Below, piece after piece: positions 63,101 to 64,000 of a stretch of DNA of 64,000 bases. This DNA comes from Yuukianura sp. NJ FZ-2021. Lineage: Eukaryota. The first letter of the stretch is position 1. The number at the start of each line of letters is the position of its first letter. A model generated the notes under the pieces. It did not search any database. It worked only from the letters and a program-made list of their open reading frames with translations, and had not been told where the DNA came from. The position numbers and the translations under genes are program-made. Location: NCBI GenBank assembly GCA_046563655.1, contig CM102285.1:10478001-10542000 (forward strand), written 5' to 3'.

Positions 63101-64000
63101 TTAAGTTTTATGGTTTAGCTTTTTAGTTGCGTTTAGGTTAGGCTAATCTTCTTTAAACGAAATCTTCAATTTGTCAAAATCCTGTTTTGCTTTGATTGTT
63201 TTAATGGAAATCCAAATTATAATGGAGTTGATGAGATTGGGCACTTAGGAGGTTTGAGTGATGTGTTTGCTTCGGCCCTCAGAAACAAGTAGGAATTGAA
63301 GATGAACCGAAAGAAGAACCTAAGATGATCTTCCCTACCTTTATGGACATTTCCTTAATTAATCTCCAGTCGGGATGAGGGGAAATCAGACTCAAAGTTT
63401 GGACATTTCAAAAGGAAACCTCCTGGATTTAATGCGTATTTATTTACTTTTACCAAATACGTCCACATCAAGGGAACGCAGAAGAGTGAGAGCCGTAAGT
63501 GCTCATCATTTCTTTGCCTATTCCGATCCCAGTAGAAATGGGATTATAAGTTTTCGTTTTGAAAAACGAAGCTGTTGATAAATTGTGTTCAATTTAAGCA
63601 AAGTTTCAACAGGAGACTTGAAGATGATGTGCTTTGCTGCAGGGTTCAAATTTCCAAAAGTGGATGAAGAGGCAGAACAATTTTGTTCTCATGATACACA
63701 AAAAAGTGAGAAGATGAAGAAAGTGCTTTTTAAATATTAGTTTGTCAAGTATCTTGCAATTACTTGCCGAATGATGCCTTTATTACAAGTGTCAAAAAAA
63801 TAAAGTGCGTAACTTTGCACCAAACTTTTTTTGCGTCAACACAAAAACTGTTGAAGATGACACAGTTTTCGGTTTCACTTTTACGCAATCTGTTTGCACA
63901 CTAATCACCTTCTTCACAAGTAAAAATAGTTTTGGTATTTACGAAAGATTGACAAAAAATGTGTGCAAAATTAAATTCCAAGAGTTAGTCATAATGCGGT

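Overview
Eukaryotic, intron-rich genomic DNA (short GT-AG introns). It is probably from a compact-genome arthropod; that is an inference from a SmydA-type gene and TTAGG-like motifs. The first ~31 kb is a dense housekeeping cluster: CHCHD7(-), HEATR1/UTP10(+), POP4/RPP29(-), NDUFAF6(-) and puromycin-sensitive aminopeptidase NPEPPS(+). A complex rearrangement interrupts it: an ~11 kb palindrome (arms ~10633-16104 and 16214-21687, 109-bp spacer) carrying two intact head-to-head copies of a TRC8/RNF139-like RING-H2 E3 ligase. Its left arm overlaps one copy of an ~3 kb direct duplication (9071-12067) and its right arm abuts the other (21701-24845), so the POP4/NDUFAF6 segment occurs three times (forward-inverted-forward). 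The junctions carry a 105-bp templated piece of an NPEPPS exon and short fillers. The copies show a mosaic of near-identical and synonymously diverged tracts. The remaining ~33 kb is gene-poor, with a spliced Cys/Arg-rich double-HMG-box gene, a small gene resembling an isolated VWA5A/PARP4 C-terminal domain, a SmydA-type SET/MYND gene and a MITE-like inverted repeat (two more lie in the promoters of the gene cluster). All alignments and counts were done by eye; homology calls rest on recalled motifs, not database searches.
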